This document shows positions 54,114-63,304 of a stretch of 64,000 nt of DNA, piece by piece; within the stretch, counting starts at the first letter, position 1; the number at the start of each line of letters is the position of its first letter. This stretch comes from a virus. Position numbers and translations under genes: made by a program. The notes beneath the pieces are model-generated. The model was given only the letters and a program-made list of their open reading frames with translations, made no database searches and was not told the DNA's origin. The stretch spans positions 1 to 64,000 of the IMG/VR virus record IMGVR_UViG_3300024349_000326. One strand, given 5' to 3'.

Positions 54114-55242
54114 GTTTCTTCAACTCGCCGACCACTACGATCCAGAAAAGCACGATGTCTCAGGGTGGTTCATCTCCGAGAAACTTGACGGTCAAAGGTG
54201 CTTCTGGGACGGGGGGATCAGCCGGGGGCTGCCCACCGAGCAGGTGCCGTGGGCGTCAATCATCGACCCCAAGACCGGCGAGAAGAAGGCGAGGATCAAG
54301 CCCGTGGCGACCGGCCTGTGGAGTCGCTACGGCAACCCGATCATGGCCCCAGACTGGTGGCTCAATCGCCTGCCGGCGTGTCCGCTGGACGGCGAGTTAT
54401 GGGCCGGGCGGGGCAAGTTCCAACTCTGCCGGTCGATCTGCGGCGGCGACACCCCAGACGAGCGATTCAGCCAGATCGTCTTCGCGGTTTATTCCACGCC
54501 GCCGTTGGGCGCGATCTTCAGCACGGGGCAGATCAAGAATGCCAACATGGTCTGCAACGTCGATTATCTCACGATTGAGGCGTGGATCAGGCAACGGCTC
54601 AACGGCCGAGGCGAACGGTTCAATGGCGTCCCCGTTCCCAAGCGGTGCCTGGGCGACGACTTCGAGTTTCTCTCGGCCGACCAGACATTCGGCAAGGAAG
54701 TGGCCGTGCTCAGCGACGCCCTAGAGAACACCGACGCCTCGATCTGCTATCTCCACCCGCAGACGAAGCTGATCGACATTCCGGGCGAGGCCAACGACCA
54801 GGTGGAAGCCTACCTGCAACGGGTGCTGGACCAAGGTGGCGAGGGCGTGGTGATTCGCAACCCGGAAGGTATTTGGACGCCCAAGCGGCACCGCAACATC
54901 CTCAAGTACAAACCTTTCCAGGATGCCGAGGCTCGCGTGCTGGGCTTCACGAGTGGCCGGGAGACCAGCAAAGGCAGTCGGCTCCTGGGCAAGATCGGTG
55001 CCTTGATTGTGGACTACCAAGGCAAGCGACTGGAACTGGCGGGCCTGACCGATGCCGAGCGCGAATTCGCCGATCCAATGGCCCGCGACTGGGCCGCAAA
55101 CAACCCCGGCATCGACGCTCCCTATTGGGTTGAAGGCAAGCAGTTCAAGAAGGGGCAAGCCGTGACGTTCAAGTACCGCGAACTGTCCGACGACGGCATC
55201 CCAAAAGAGGCCCGCTACTGGCGGCGGAGGGATGCTGAGTGA
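54100..55242 (+). CDS. ATP-dependent DNA ligase
   Basis: Motif I SEKLDGQR (KxDG), VVIRNPEGIW, ILKYK; 380 aa. Confidence 0.8.
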   Translation: MAKREFLQLADHYDPEKHDVSGWFISEKLDGQRCFWDGGISRGLPTEQVPWASIIDPKTGEKKARIKPVATGLWSRYGNPIMAPDWWLNRLPACPLDGELWAGRGKFQLCRSICGGDTPDERFSQIVFAVYSTPPLGAIFSTGQIKNANMVCNVDYLTIEAWIRQRLNGRGERFNGVPVPKRCLGDDFEFLSADQTFGKEVAVLSDALENTDASICYLHPQTKLIDIPGEANDQVEAYLQRVLDQGGEGVVIRNPEGIWTPKRHRNILKYKPFQDAEARVLGFTSGRETSKGSRLLGKIGALIVDYQGKRLELAGLTDAEREFADPMARDWAANNPGIDAPYWVEGKQFKKGQAVTFKYRELSDDGIPKEARYWRRRDAE

Positions 55243-55305
55243 GAAACCGTCTTCTGAATCCGCGAATATCTGACCGACGAGGCAGAGAACATCGCCATCG
55301 AGGAA

Positions 55306-56094
55306 ATGATCGCTAGGCGAGAGAAGCCAGTAAGTCCGCAACATCCTTCAACGAGTCCCACCGTGAAACGCAATCCGAAACAAGCCGAGAGCAACTTGTA
55401 CGACTGCATCCCGCAGACCGGCCCGTGCCCGATTGGGTGCAATCAATGTTTCTACAACCGGCCGGGGGCGTACTACGTGCCTATCGACCAGCCGCATTTC
55501 CCGACATTGGACGAAGTGGACGACGGCATCGTGCGGGTCAACTGCGGCAACGACAGCAACAATCAGCGGGAACACGTCATTGCCTCCACGGCCCAGTACC
55601 CCCGCCGCTTCTTCAACACGTCAATCCCCACGTTCGACTTCCCGGCCCCGGTCGTATTGACCGGCAATCCCCGCGAGGAAGAGCCGGTCCCGACGCCCAT
55701 CTGGGCTTTCCGCGACGGCGCGCCGCACAACCTGATGTTCGTCCGCCTGCGGGTGTCCAGCACCAATCTCGATTGGGTCCGCGACGGCATTGACTGGTAC
55801 ACGGCCCACTACCAAGTACCGGTGGTCCTGACCTACATGGCCTACTACGACGCCGAGCCGCAAGTTCCGGCCGACGTGCTCCAGGCCGCGGGCGGCCCGT
55901 GCTACGAGTGGCGAGTCCGCCACATCAATTCGTACTGGTGCCCGACGCCGGCCTTCATCCGCTGGGTCATGGACCAGTACAGCGACAACCGCCTCGTGTC
56001 CTACTGCGGCAGCCTGGAAGGCTCCTACTGCCGGCTTTGCCGCAACTGCGAAACGTACTACGTCCAAACCATCAAACGCATGAAAGGCGAATAG
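55306..56094 (+). CDS. hypothetical protein with CxxxCxxC radical-SAM-like motif
   Basis: CPIGCNQCFY near N-terminus plus C-terminal Cys cluster CRLCRNC; family not assignable by eye. Confidence 0.4.
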   Translation: MIARREKPVSPQHPSTSPTVKRNPKQAESNLYDCIPQTGPCPIGCNQCFYNRPGAYYVPIDQPHFPTLDEVDDGIVRVNCGNDSNNQREHVIASTAQYPRRFFNTSIPTFDFPAPVVLTGNPREEEPVPTPIWAFRDGAPHNLMFVRLRVSSTNLDWVRDGIDWYTAHYQVPVVLTYMAYYDAEPQVPADVLQAAGGPCYEWRVRHINSYWCPTPAFIRWVMDQYSDNRLVSYCGSLEGSYCRLCRNCETYYVQTIKRMKGE

Positions 56095-56138
56095 CCCGGT
56101 GCGTCTGGCCCTCTGAGCGCGGAGCGGGGCTGCGTTAA

Positions 56139-56372
56139 ATGTCCAAGGAAACCAGGGCCGCCCGCGACGGCCCGCCACTGAGGCGCGGATCGACAGCCGA
56201 GCTTTTCGATGAAGGGGAACAGAACATGGGCGGAATCGTCACGCTGATTATCTCGCTTTTGGCCGGGGCGGTCGTCGTCACTATGACCTGCGAGGCACCT
56301 GTGGCCATCATCACCGTTTGCGGTGCCGTGGCCGTTGCTGCCATCGTTGCCAAGGCGAAGGGGGTCTTTTGA
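56139..56372 (+). CDS. small membrane protein
   Basis: Hydrophobic IVTLIISLLAGAVVVTMT and VAIITVCGAVAVAAIVA. Confidence 0.4.
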   Translation: MSKETRAARDGPPLRRGSTAELFDEGEQNMGGIVTLIISLLAGAVVVTMTCEAPVAIITVCGAVAVAAIVAKAKGVF

Positions 56373-56452
56373 TGGCGACGGCTACGTGAAAGAGTAGCCC
56401 GGCCCGTCAACTCGTTACATCCTGCTGCCAACTGTCTCGCACTACGCGCCGA

Positions 56453-56968
56453 ATGGTCCTGTATCGCACGATCATCGCCGATTGTCCCTGGACCCCGACG
56501 CTGAACGCGGGGCACCCGTCCTACAAGGCCGGGCCGCAGCGGCAGTACCGGACCATGAGCGTGCGCGACATTTGCAGCCTGAAGGTGCCGGCCGCCAAGC
56601 AAGCCCATCTGTGGCTGTGGGTGGTCAACCAGCACGTCGATTGGGGATACGAGGTGGCGCGGGCCTGGGGCTTCGAGCCGTGGAACATGCTGACCTGGGC
56701 CAAGCCCGGTCTGGGCGTCGGCCGCTTCCAGTGCAACAGCGAACATGTCCTGGTCTGCCGCAAGGGGCGACGCCACGGCAACCCGTTCGGCCCGACCGGC
56801 GGAACATGGTTCACTTGGCCGCGAAACCGACACAGCGAGAAACCCGAGGAGTTCTACCGGCTCGTGGAGTCAGTGTCACCCGGCCCTTACCTGGAGATGT
56901 TCGCCCGCACGCGACGACCTGGCTGGGACGTTTTCGGCGACGAAGTGGAAGGATCAATCGAGCTATGA
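56453..56968 (+). CDS. MT-A70-family N6-adenine DNA methyltransferase
   Basis: IIADCPW (DPPW variant), HLWLWV, EHVLVCRKG, EKPEEFYRLVE. Confidence 0.7.
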   Translation: MVLYRTIIADCPWTPTLNAGHPSYKAGPQRQYRTMSVRDICSLKVPAAKQAHLWLWVVNQHVDWGYEVARAWGFEPWNMLTWAKPGLGVGRFQCNSEHVLVCRKGRRHGNPFGPTGGTWFTWPRNRHSEKPEEFYRLVESVSPGPYLEMFARTRRPGWDVFGDEVEGSIEL

Positions 56969-57636
56969 GTTACACCAAAGAGCACATCGCTGCCGCCTTG
57001 GACTTGGCCGTCTTGAAACCTACTGCCGCCACCGGCGACGTGATTGCGGCGGCCCGCCTCGTCAAGGAAGAGAACCTTGCCGCCGTCTGCGTAGCTCCCT
57101 GCAACGTGCGCCTTGCCAAGCAGTACACCGACCGCGTGTGCGCGGCCATTGGCTTCCCTCATGGCACGACGACGGCAGAGGTTAAGGAATACGAGGCCCG
57201 CCAAGCCATCGCCAACGGCGCGACCGAGTTGGACGTGGTGTGCAACTACAGCTACTTCCTCGATGGCACCTGCTCCCTGAACGACGGCCACTTCGACCGC
57301 CTGGGAATCAGTGGAGTTGTCAGTGTCGCCCACAAGCAAGGCGTCCTGGTCAAGGCGATCCTTGAGACGTATTGCCTGGACGAGAGCCAAATCATGCAAC
57401 TCTGCGAAATGTGCGTTCGGGAGGGCGTGGACTTTGTGAAGACTTCCACTGCGTTCGGTCCCGGCGGAGCGACCGTTGAAGCGGTCAGAGTCATGCGAGA
57501 GACGATCAGAGAACTTGGCAGTCGCGTCCAGATAAAGGCCAGCGGAGGCATCAAGACCTACGCGGATGCCTGCTGCTACCTCCGCCTCGGCTGCAAGCGA
57601 ATCGGCGCGTCCGTCTATAGGGAGTTGCTGCCGTGA
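56965..57636 (+). CDS. deoC: deoxyribose-phosphate aldolase
   Basis: ATGA overlap; AAVCVAPCNV, catalytic Lys contexts VDFVKTSTAFG and VQIKASGGIKT. Confidence 0.8.
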   Translation: MSYTKEHIAAALDLAVLKPTAATGDVIAAARLVKEENLAAVCVAPCNVRLAKQYTDRVCAAIGFPHGTTTAEVKEYEARQAIANGATELDVVCNYSYFLDGTCSLNDGHFDRLGISGVVSVAHKQGVLVKAILETYCLDESQIMQLCEMCVREGVDFVKTSTAFGPGGATVEAVRVMRETIRELGSRVQIKASGGIKTYADACCYLRLGCKRIGASVYRELLP

Positions 57637-58247
57637 AGAGGACCAAGATGAACCGGCTCGCCCTGAACCGAGGCTACCTCTGCGGCGCAATGGACCGGGT
57701 GACGGACTGCGGCGTGGGTTGGCGTCAAGACCTGATCCAGAGCCTCAAGGACTTGAAAATCCTCTGGCTTGACCCGACGCGCAAGCCCATCGACATCGGC
57801 GTGGAAGACCTGGAGAACCGCGCCTTGCGTCACAAGGCGAAGCGCGCCGGCGACTTTGAATTTGTCCGCACGCAGATGAAGCAGATTCGCCCCGTCGATC
57901 TGCGGATGGTGGACATTTGCGACTTCCTCGTGGTCAACATCGACCTCGATGTCCACGCCTGCGGGACGCTGGAGGAACTGTTTTGGGCGAACCGCATGAA
58001 GAAACCGATCCTCGTGCGTGTTGAGCAAGGCATCGAGCACACCCCCGATTGGCTGTTCGGCACGCTGCCCTTCGAGATGATCTTCTCGACGTGGGACGAA
58101 GTGAAGAAGTACCTACTGCACATTGCCCACGATCCGGTGATCGACCGGCTCAACCGCTGGTACTTCTTCAACTGGATGGGCGAGAACTGCATCGAGTCCG
58201 CTAATCACGGCACCGGCCGCAAGACCGTGCGGAGGGTGAAGAAGTGA
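57633..58247 (+). CDS. nucleoside 2-deoxyribosyltransferase / DNPH1 (Rcl)-like protein
   Basis: YLCGAMD...GW...WLDP N-terminal pattern and central DFLVVNIDL...GTLEELFWANRMKKPIL resemble the Nuc_deoxyrib_tr/DNPH1 fold; ATGA overlap with deoC. Confidence 0.5.
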   Translation: MKRTKMNRLALNRGYLCGAMDRVTDCGVGWRQDLIQSLKDLKILWLDPTRKPIDIGVEDLENRALRHKAKRAGDFEFVRTQMKQIRPVDLRMVDICDFLVVNIDLDVHACGTLEELFWANRMKKPILVRVEQGIEHTPDWLFGTLPFEMIFSTWDEVKKYLLHIAHDPVIDRLNRWYFFNWMGENCIESANHGTGRKTVRRVKK

Positions 58248-58459
58248 GGCCCAACCCGAGCACGCCCAGGCGGTCCATAGCCAAGGCTGTTTCCTGGGAG
58301 ACCTTCTCGAATCTTGTGTGCGGTGGGCTGGCCTACGGATGGTTCGGCGATCTCACTCGTTGCGCCGTGTTTACTGCGATCTGCTTCATCGTGAAGTTGA
58401 TCCTCTTCTATTACCACGAACGGGTCTGGCACCAGATTCCGTTCGGCAAGCAAGTGTGA
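58244..58459 (+). CDS. small membrane protein
   Basis: ATGA overlap; TM LTRCAVFTAICFIVKLILFYY. Confidence 0.45.
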   Translation: MRPNPSTPRRSIAKAVSWETFSNLVCGGLAYGWFGDLTRCAVFTAICFIVKLILFYYHERVWHQIPFGKQV

Positions 58460-58593
58460 GCCGGGGAGGGAGGCCAGTGACGTTTCGGTAGTAGCTGGCC
58501 GTGGGTTGCGATCAAGGGCGCGTGGAGTACGGGCGACTATGCCGACGACACGGCAACGCGCCGTACCCGGCTTTGGAAATCTTGGAGAACGAC

Positions 58594-58779
58594 ATGGAAC
58601 CTTATCGGAAAGAGAAGCTACCGGGCCGCAACGACAAATGCCCGTGCGGCAGTGGCAAGAAGGCCAAGAAGTGCTGCCTGGACAAAATCAAGGCCCTGGC
58701 CGCTCTCCCGGCGCGCGTCCGTGAGCAAGTCGTGGTCGCCAAGATTCTCGGCCGCCCTGTCCCCACCACCGGAGTCTGA
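58594..58779 (+). CDS. SEC-C motif protein
   Basis: [19 protein letters not shown] matches the SEC-C zinc-binding motif. Confidence 0.6.
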   Translation: MEPYRKEKLPGRNDKCPCGSGKKAKKCCLDKIKALAALPARVREQVVVAKILGRPVPTTGV

Positions 58780-58780
58780 C

Positions 58781-59785
58781 ATGCGTATCCCGAAGTCCCT
58801 CAGCTATTCGTCCATGTCCCTCTGGTACAAAGACCAGGACGAGTTCTACATCCGCTATCTGGCTGACCACCCCGCGCCTCGCCTGCCGCAAGAGCAGCCG
58901 GCCGCCGTGGGCAGCGCCTTCGACGCCTATGTCAAGTCGATGCTGGCCCACGCCTTGTTCGGCCACGACATGCCGGCCCAATTCGAGTTCGGCGCGATCT
59001 TCGAGAGTCAGGTGGAGCCGTACAACCGCGACTTCGCCTTGAGAGCCGGCAAGCGGGTTTTCAAGGCGTACAAGCTGGCTGGGGCCTACGACGATCTACT
59101 CGACTTGCTTCGCAAGTCGATCGAGCCGCCGCGATTCGAGTTCAAAGTGGACGGCCGAATCGAAGGCGTCCCCTTCACCGGCAAGCCCGATTGCCGCTTC
59201 GTCTTGGACCTGGGCCAAGGGCGAGTGTCATGTGTCTTCGACTGGAAGGTCCGGGGCTATTGCTCCAAGTACGGGGCTAGCCCGTCGAAGGGCTACGCGA
59301 TCTGCCTGGACGGCTTCCGGTCGGAAAAGCCCAGCCGGAGCCAAGGCAAGGAGCACGCCATGTACAAGGCGATGGACTTCCGGGGCCTGACCATCAATTC
59401 CGGTTACATGGAGTTCTGCAACGACGAATATGCCGATCAGCTTTGCCTCTATGGCTGGCTCTTAGGCGAGAAGATCGGAGACGAGAACGTCGTGCTGGGG
59501 ATCGAAGAGTTGTGCGCCAAGTTCATGGGCGAGGGCAATCCGCCCACGCTCCGCTACGCCCGCCATCGCGGGCGGGTCAAGGCCGACTATCAGCAGAAGC
59601 TTGCCGCGAAGGCGGCGACCTGCTGGCAGGCCATTACCAGTGGCCACGTCTTCTCCAGCCTCAGCCGGGAAGACAGCGATGCCCGCTGTGCCGTCCTAGA
59701 GGAAATGTCCGTGGGCCTGGTGTCCAGCGGTTCGGCCCTGGACGACTGGTTCAACGATGTCACCCGTCCCAAATTCTTCCACTAA
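58781..59785 (+). CDS. PD-(D/E)xK superfamily nuclease (YqaJ/Cas4-like), tentative
   Basis: N-terminal SYSSMSLWYKDQDEFYIRY; GKPDCRFVLD ... VFDWKVRG core (D...D-x-K). Confidence 0.45.
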   Translation: MRIPKSLSYSSMSLWYKDQDEFYIRYLADHPAPRLPQEQPAAVGSAFDAYVKSMLAHALFGHDMPAQFEFGAIFESQVEPYNRDFALRAGKRVFKAYKLAGAYDDLLDLLRKSIEPPRFEFKVDGRIEGVPFTGKPDCRFVLDLGQGRVSCVFDWKVRGYCSKYGASPSKGYAICLDGFRSEKPSRSQGKEHAMYKAMDFRGLTINSGYMEFCNDEYADQLCLYGWLLGEKIGDENVVLGIEELCAKFMGEGNPPTLRYARHRGRVKADYQQKLAAKAATCWQAITSGHVFSSLSREDSDARCAVLEEMSVGLVSSGSALDDWFNDVTRPKFFH

Positions 59786-59788
59786 GTC

Positions 59789-60052
59789 ATGCCCATTCCA
59801 CTTCTTCTAATCGACCGGATCAAGACATCGGCCATGAGCGGCGAGCAGGTGGCCGACGCCCTCGCCAAGCTGGCACAAGTCGCCGATAGAACCGGGATTG
59901 ACGGCTGCGCCGTCAACCTCGAATACGTCAAGCACGACGACAAGCTGTTCCCCGGCGACCTGATCCCAACCATCACGCTTTCGCTGACCCGCCAAACGGA
60001 ACCCGTGGGGCCAGTGCCGGCGGATGTAATCGACGTGGAGCCGAACCCGTGA
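59789..60052 (+). CDS. hypothetical protein
   Basis: 87 aa ORF 3 nt after upstream stop. Confidence 0.4.
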   Translation: MPIPLLLIDRIKTSAMSGEQVADALAKLAQVADRTGIDGCAVNLEYVKHDDKLFPGDLIPTITLSLTRQTEPVGPVPADVIDVEPNP

Positions 60053-60336
60053 CCCTGATCCTCTTCATCCTGAGCGTCATCGGCATGACGCACATCATCG
60101 TGGACGGCGAGATCAGCGAGCCGATCCACGCATGGGTCAAGCCTCGCTGCCCGTGGCTCGCGGACCTGATGGATTGCTACCAGTGCTGCGGATTTTGGTG
60201 CGGAGTTGGCCTGGGGCTGATGCTGCTGAGCTATCGGCCCGGCATCGTGTTCGCGGCCGGCTGCGCCGGCAGTTTCCTAGCGCAACTTGGCTGGCTCGTG
60301 CTCGACTCCCTAGAGCGCTACGCAAAAGGCAAGTGA
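60049..60336 (+). CDS. Cys-rich membrane protein
   Basis: TM LILFILSVIGMTHII; CPWLADLMDCYQCCGFWCG; second TM. Confidence 0.45.
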   Translation: MTLILFILSVIGMTHIIVDGEISEPIHAWVKPRCPWLADLMDCYQCCGFWCGVGLGLMLLSYRPGIVFAAGCAGSFLAQLGWLVLDSLERYAKGK

Positions 60337-60485
60337 TGGAAGGCGAACGCGAAGGCTGGGTGACGGGATTCGCATGTTGTCGGGCGTGCTCGCACATCTG
60401 GGTAGCCGTGGTGCCGGCGGACGGTGAGTTGAGCAATCTGGAGTGCCCGGAGTGCCACAGCATGTTGGGTGAACTGACGGAGTGA
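60336..60485 (+). CDS. small zinc-ribbon protein (49 aa)
   Basis: FACCRACSH...CPECHS; tgATG overlap. Confidence 0.35.
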   Translation: MEGEREGWVTGFACCRACSHIWVAVVPADGELSNLECPECHSMLGELTE

Positions 60486-60488
60486 ACT

Positions 60489-60734
60489 ATGACGTGGTTG
60501 CTGATTGCCTTCGCCTGTGGCTGCGCGCTGGACTACACCTGGGCACGCTGCGTGAAGTGCGTCCAGGCCACGCGGCCGTGGTGGTCGGCACATTGGGCTG
60601 TTCTGTGTTTCCTCTGTAGCCTCGCGCCGCCGTACTTCCTCGTGGAAAAGAACCTTCCGCCGCTGGTGGCCTTCGCCATTGGCTGCTGGGTCGGCACCTT
60701 TGTCGCCGTGCGGAGACAGCGGTGCGAATCCTGA
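60489..60734 (+). CDS. small membrane protein
   Basis: Three hydrophobic segments; Cys-rich. Confidence 0.4.
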   Translation: MTWLLIAFACGCALDYTWARCVKCVQATRPWWSAHWAVLCFLCSLAPPYFLVEKNLPPLVAFAIGCWVGTFVAVRRQRCES

Positions 60735-60976
60735 TCTACCACGGCAAACACGGCGACGAGTATTGGCTGGCCGACACGCCCGAACGGCTGGAAGCGGCAA
60801 TGCGCACGCTGTTCGCCCGGCTCGATGAATGGGGCTGCTACGAGGACGACGAGGAAGGTATCGCTGAAGCCCGAGGCGGCGACTTCCAAGCCATCAAATG
60901 GATTCTCCAACGCCGCCAAGACTACGAATACGAAGGCTGGGACTTAGAGGAAGCGACTGATCCATGCACACCCTGA
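60722..60976 (+). CDS. acidic hypothetical protein
   Basis: 84 aa; EWGCYEDDEEGIAE, EYEGWDLEEATD. Confidence 0.4.
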   Translation: MRILIYHGKHGDEYWLADTPERLEAAMRTLFARLDEWGCYEDDEEGIAEARGGDFQAIKWILQRRQDYEYEGWDLEEATDPCTP

Positions 60977-61716
60977 TTAACACCGACTGTCTCGACTACC
61001 TCAACGGCAGCTCGCAGACTTGGACGACCTGCTTTTGCGATCCGCCGGACAATATCGGTCTGGGCTACGAGACCTACAAGGACAGGCTGCCCGACGAGCA
61101 ATACGTGGGCCTGCTGGAAACTTGGCTGCACCTATTCGTCCACAAAGCAAAGACTGTCTGGTTCAGCTTCAACGCAAAGTGGACCTTCGAGGTCGGCCGC
61201 ATCGTGGCCGAAATGGTGCGGCGCACCAGCGGCTTGGAGGCCAAGCCCTGCGTCCAGACCTTCACTTTCGGGCAGCATTGCCACCACGATCTGGGAAACA
61301 ATCACCGCCCACTGCTGCGACTGCGTTGGTTTGACGCCCCGCTACGGCCCGACGCCATCCGCGTCCCCAGTTGGCGGCAGGAGAACGGCGACAAGCGGGC
61401 CGACCCGCGCGGCCGGGTGCCTGGCGACGTATTTGACTTCACGCGCGTGGTCGGCAACAGCAAGCAGCGCCGCCCCTGGCACCCGACGCAACTCAACGAG
61501 GGCCTGGTCGAGCGCTGCGTGAAGTTCACCACGCCGGAGGGCGAGTCGGTTCTGGACCCGTTTGGCGGGACAGGCACGACGCTTCGCGTCTGCCGGCCGC
61601 TGGGCTACCCCTGCACCCTAATCGAGATCGACAAGGGCTACTGCGCCGAGATCGTCAAAGAGCACGGCATGGTCCGCAGCGAGTACATCCATCGTGCTCT
61701 GTGGGAGGTCGAGTGA
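60964..61716 (+). CDS. DNA methyltransferase (beta-class, DPPD/N ... FGGTGTT)
   Basis: LINTDCLDYL (motif X), FCDPPDN (motif IV variant), VLDPFGGTGTT (motif I). Confidence 0.7.
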   Translation: MHTLINTDCLDYLNGSSQTWTTCFCDPPDNIGLGYETYKDRLPDEQYVGLLETWLHLFVHKAKTVWFSFNAKWTFEVGRIVAEMVRRTSGLEAKPCVQTFTFGQHCHHDLGNNHRPLLRLRWFDAPLRPDAIRVPSWRQENGDKRADPRGRVPGDVFDFTRVVGNSKQRRPWHPTQLNEGLVERCVKFTTPEGESVLDPFGGTGTTLRVCRPLGYPCTLIEIDKGYCAEIVKEHGMVRSEYIHRALWEVE

Positions 61717-61931
61717 TGCGCCCCACCGAGTTGCCCTTGCCGCCGGAAAAACTGCTGGCCCGCACAGGCTATGAAACCACGCCGGTTCAACGGTTGGCCG
61801 CATTTGAGGCCGCCAACCCATCCCAGCAACGCCCAAAGAAGGTGCCCTGCGTCTGGGACCATGTGGACTTCATGGAGTGGGAATCCCGGCAAGACCTTGG
61901 CTTACTGCCGCCGGCCGGAGAACAAGCATGA
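61716..61931 (+). CDS. hypothetical small protein
   Basis: ATGA overlap with MTase gene. Confidence 0.35.
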   Translation: MRPTELPLPPEKLLARTGYETTPVQRLAAFEAANPSQQRPKKVPCVWDHVDFMEWESRQDLGLLPPAGEQA

Positions 61932-62164
61932 TCCATTGCACCTGTTGTGACGCAACGGGCTTCCTCAACCTTCATCAAGTGGACGAAGAGACGCTGCGCC
62001 GCTTTGACGAGACCGGCGATCACGCGATCATTTTGGCCTGGATCGCTGCCAACCCGTCCCACGATGTTTCGGTGTGTGATTGCTGCGGCGATGGAGAGGC
62101 GTGGCACGGCACGCCCGGCGAACATCACCCCGAAGACGCTGAACCCTGGCCGGAATGCTATTGA
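61928..62164 (+). CDS. Cys-rich small protein
   Basis: MIHCTCCDATGF...CDCCGDGEAWHG. Confidence 0.4.
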   Translation: MIHCTCCDATGFLNLHQVDEETLRRFDETGDHAIILAWIAANPSHDVSVCDCCGDGEAWHGTPGEHHPEDAEPWPECY

Positions 62165-62520
62165 TGCTGCGCATCACCATCGAGTTGGTTCCCTTGGGCA
62201 TCGAGTCCCGAGCCAAGGTTATCGCCACCGGCACAATCGCCAATACCGGAACCGGCTCACCGACCTGTGGCGACTATCGCGTCGAATTGCGCGATGCCGC
62301 TGGCCGCAAGTGGAAACGCGGGCACATCGAAGGCTTCCCACGAAAGCGGCTCCTCGCGTGGGACTTGCTATATCGAGCCTTGACAGAACTTGTGGGGAAT
62401 CGAAATCCCAGTTCCGATTCACGCGCCGTTTGCGATCTATTGACTGCCCACAACACCAGTCAACACGAGGAGCCGATCAATGACCACCCGACAACTGAAC
62501 GCAATCCTCAAGCGCCATGA
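62164..62520 (+). CDS. hypothetical protein
   Basis: Start ambiguous (62155 or 62164). Confidence 0.35.
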   Translation: MLRITIELVPLGIESRAKVIATGTIANTGTGSPTCGDYRVELRDAAGRKWKRGHIEGFPRKRLLAWDLLYRALTELVGNRNPSSDSRAVCDLLTAHNTSQHEEPINDHPTTERNPQAP

Positions 62521-62776
62521 GATTCACCCCAAGTTCTGGCCGGAGTTTCGCGGCATGGTGCAAGAGGGCCGGCTGCCTGGCAGAGAACTGTGGACCCGCA
62601 TGAACCATGTGGCGAACTTCGGGGCTGCCCGCAATGAAATCGCTCGGGAGTTGTCCAAGGGCTACGACCGCGAGTTCCCGCCCGACGACTACCAACCGCC
62701 GGCTGACTACCAATTTTACGAATCGTTGAAACCCGAAGACATCGCACAAGCGACATCGGGCGGGTGCGCCGTCTGA
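62480..62776 (+). CDS. hypothetical protein
   Basis: 98 aa ORF. Confidence 0.4.
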   Translation: MTTRQLNAILKRHEIHPKFWPEFRGMVQEGRLPGRELWTRMNHVANFGAARNEIARELSKGYDREFPPDDYQPPADYQFYESLKPEDIAQATSGGCAV

Positions 62777-62892
62777 AGCCCGTCAAACAACCAGACCCTC
62801 CGCCTCCTCAAACGGGTTGGAATCGGCCCACGGTGCGGGGCGCGTTGATCGACGGTCGCACCACGTCTTCACCTCATCCATGAAAGGACACT

Positions 62893-63111
62893 ATGAATCC
62901 GACCGACTTCTTGGGCCGCGAAATCCGCCCCGGCGACCTCATCGTTTATCCCTGGCGACGTGGCTCGCAAATGGGCCTGAACAAAATGACCGCCATGCAG
63001 GTGACGCCGGAATACATCGGCGGCTACAGCAGCTTCGGCAACCCGGTGCGGGTTCGCAACATGAAAAACATCGTCGTCGTCGATCGTCCGCAGACTGAGC
63101 CGGAGAATTGA
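62893..63111 (+). CDS. hypothetical small protein
   Basis: SD GAAAGGA upstream; 72 aa. Confidence 0.45.
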   Translation: MNPTDFLGREIRPGDLIVYPWRRGSQMGLNKMTAMQVTPEYIGGYSSFGNPVRVRNMKNIVVVDRPQTEPEN

Positions 63112-63112
63112 C

Positions 63113-63304
63113 GTGCCGCTGTACGACCTGCAATGCAGCGCGTGTGGGTTCGCCTTTGAGGCGTTTCAGGCCATGAATCAGCCTCAGCCTACGCGCTGCG
63201 CGAAGTGCGGCAGGAAGAAGGTTCGCCGGGTGCTCGTGAAGCCGCCCAAGGGGCACAACAACTACGAAAATGGGCACCCGCGCAAGAACCGGGGGCGTGG
63301 CTGA
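63113..63304 (+). CDS. FmdB-family zinc-ribbon protein
   Basis: GTG start; MPLYDLQCSACGFAFEAF...RCAKCGRKK pattern typical of the FmdB zinc ribbon. Confidence 0.55.
   Translation: MPLYDLQCSACGFAFEAFQAMNQPQPTRCAKCGRKKVRRVLVKPPKGHNNYENGHPRKNRGRG

Noticed and set aside
60132-60485. 117-aa ORF including the small zinc-ribbon gene
   Set aside because: Upstream two-thirds overlaps the membrane-protein gene 60049-60336 in another frame and is Arg-rich; only the internal-Met 49-aa zinc-ribbon portion was retained.
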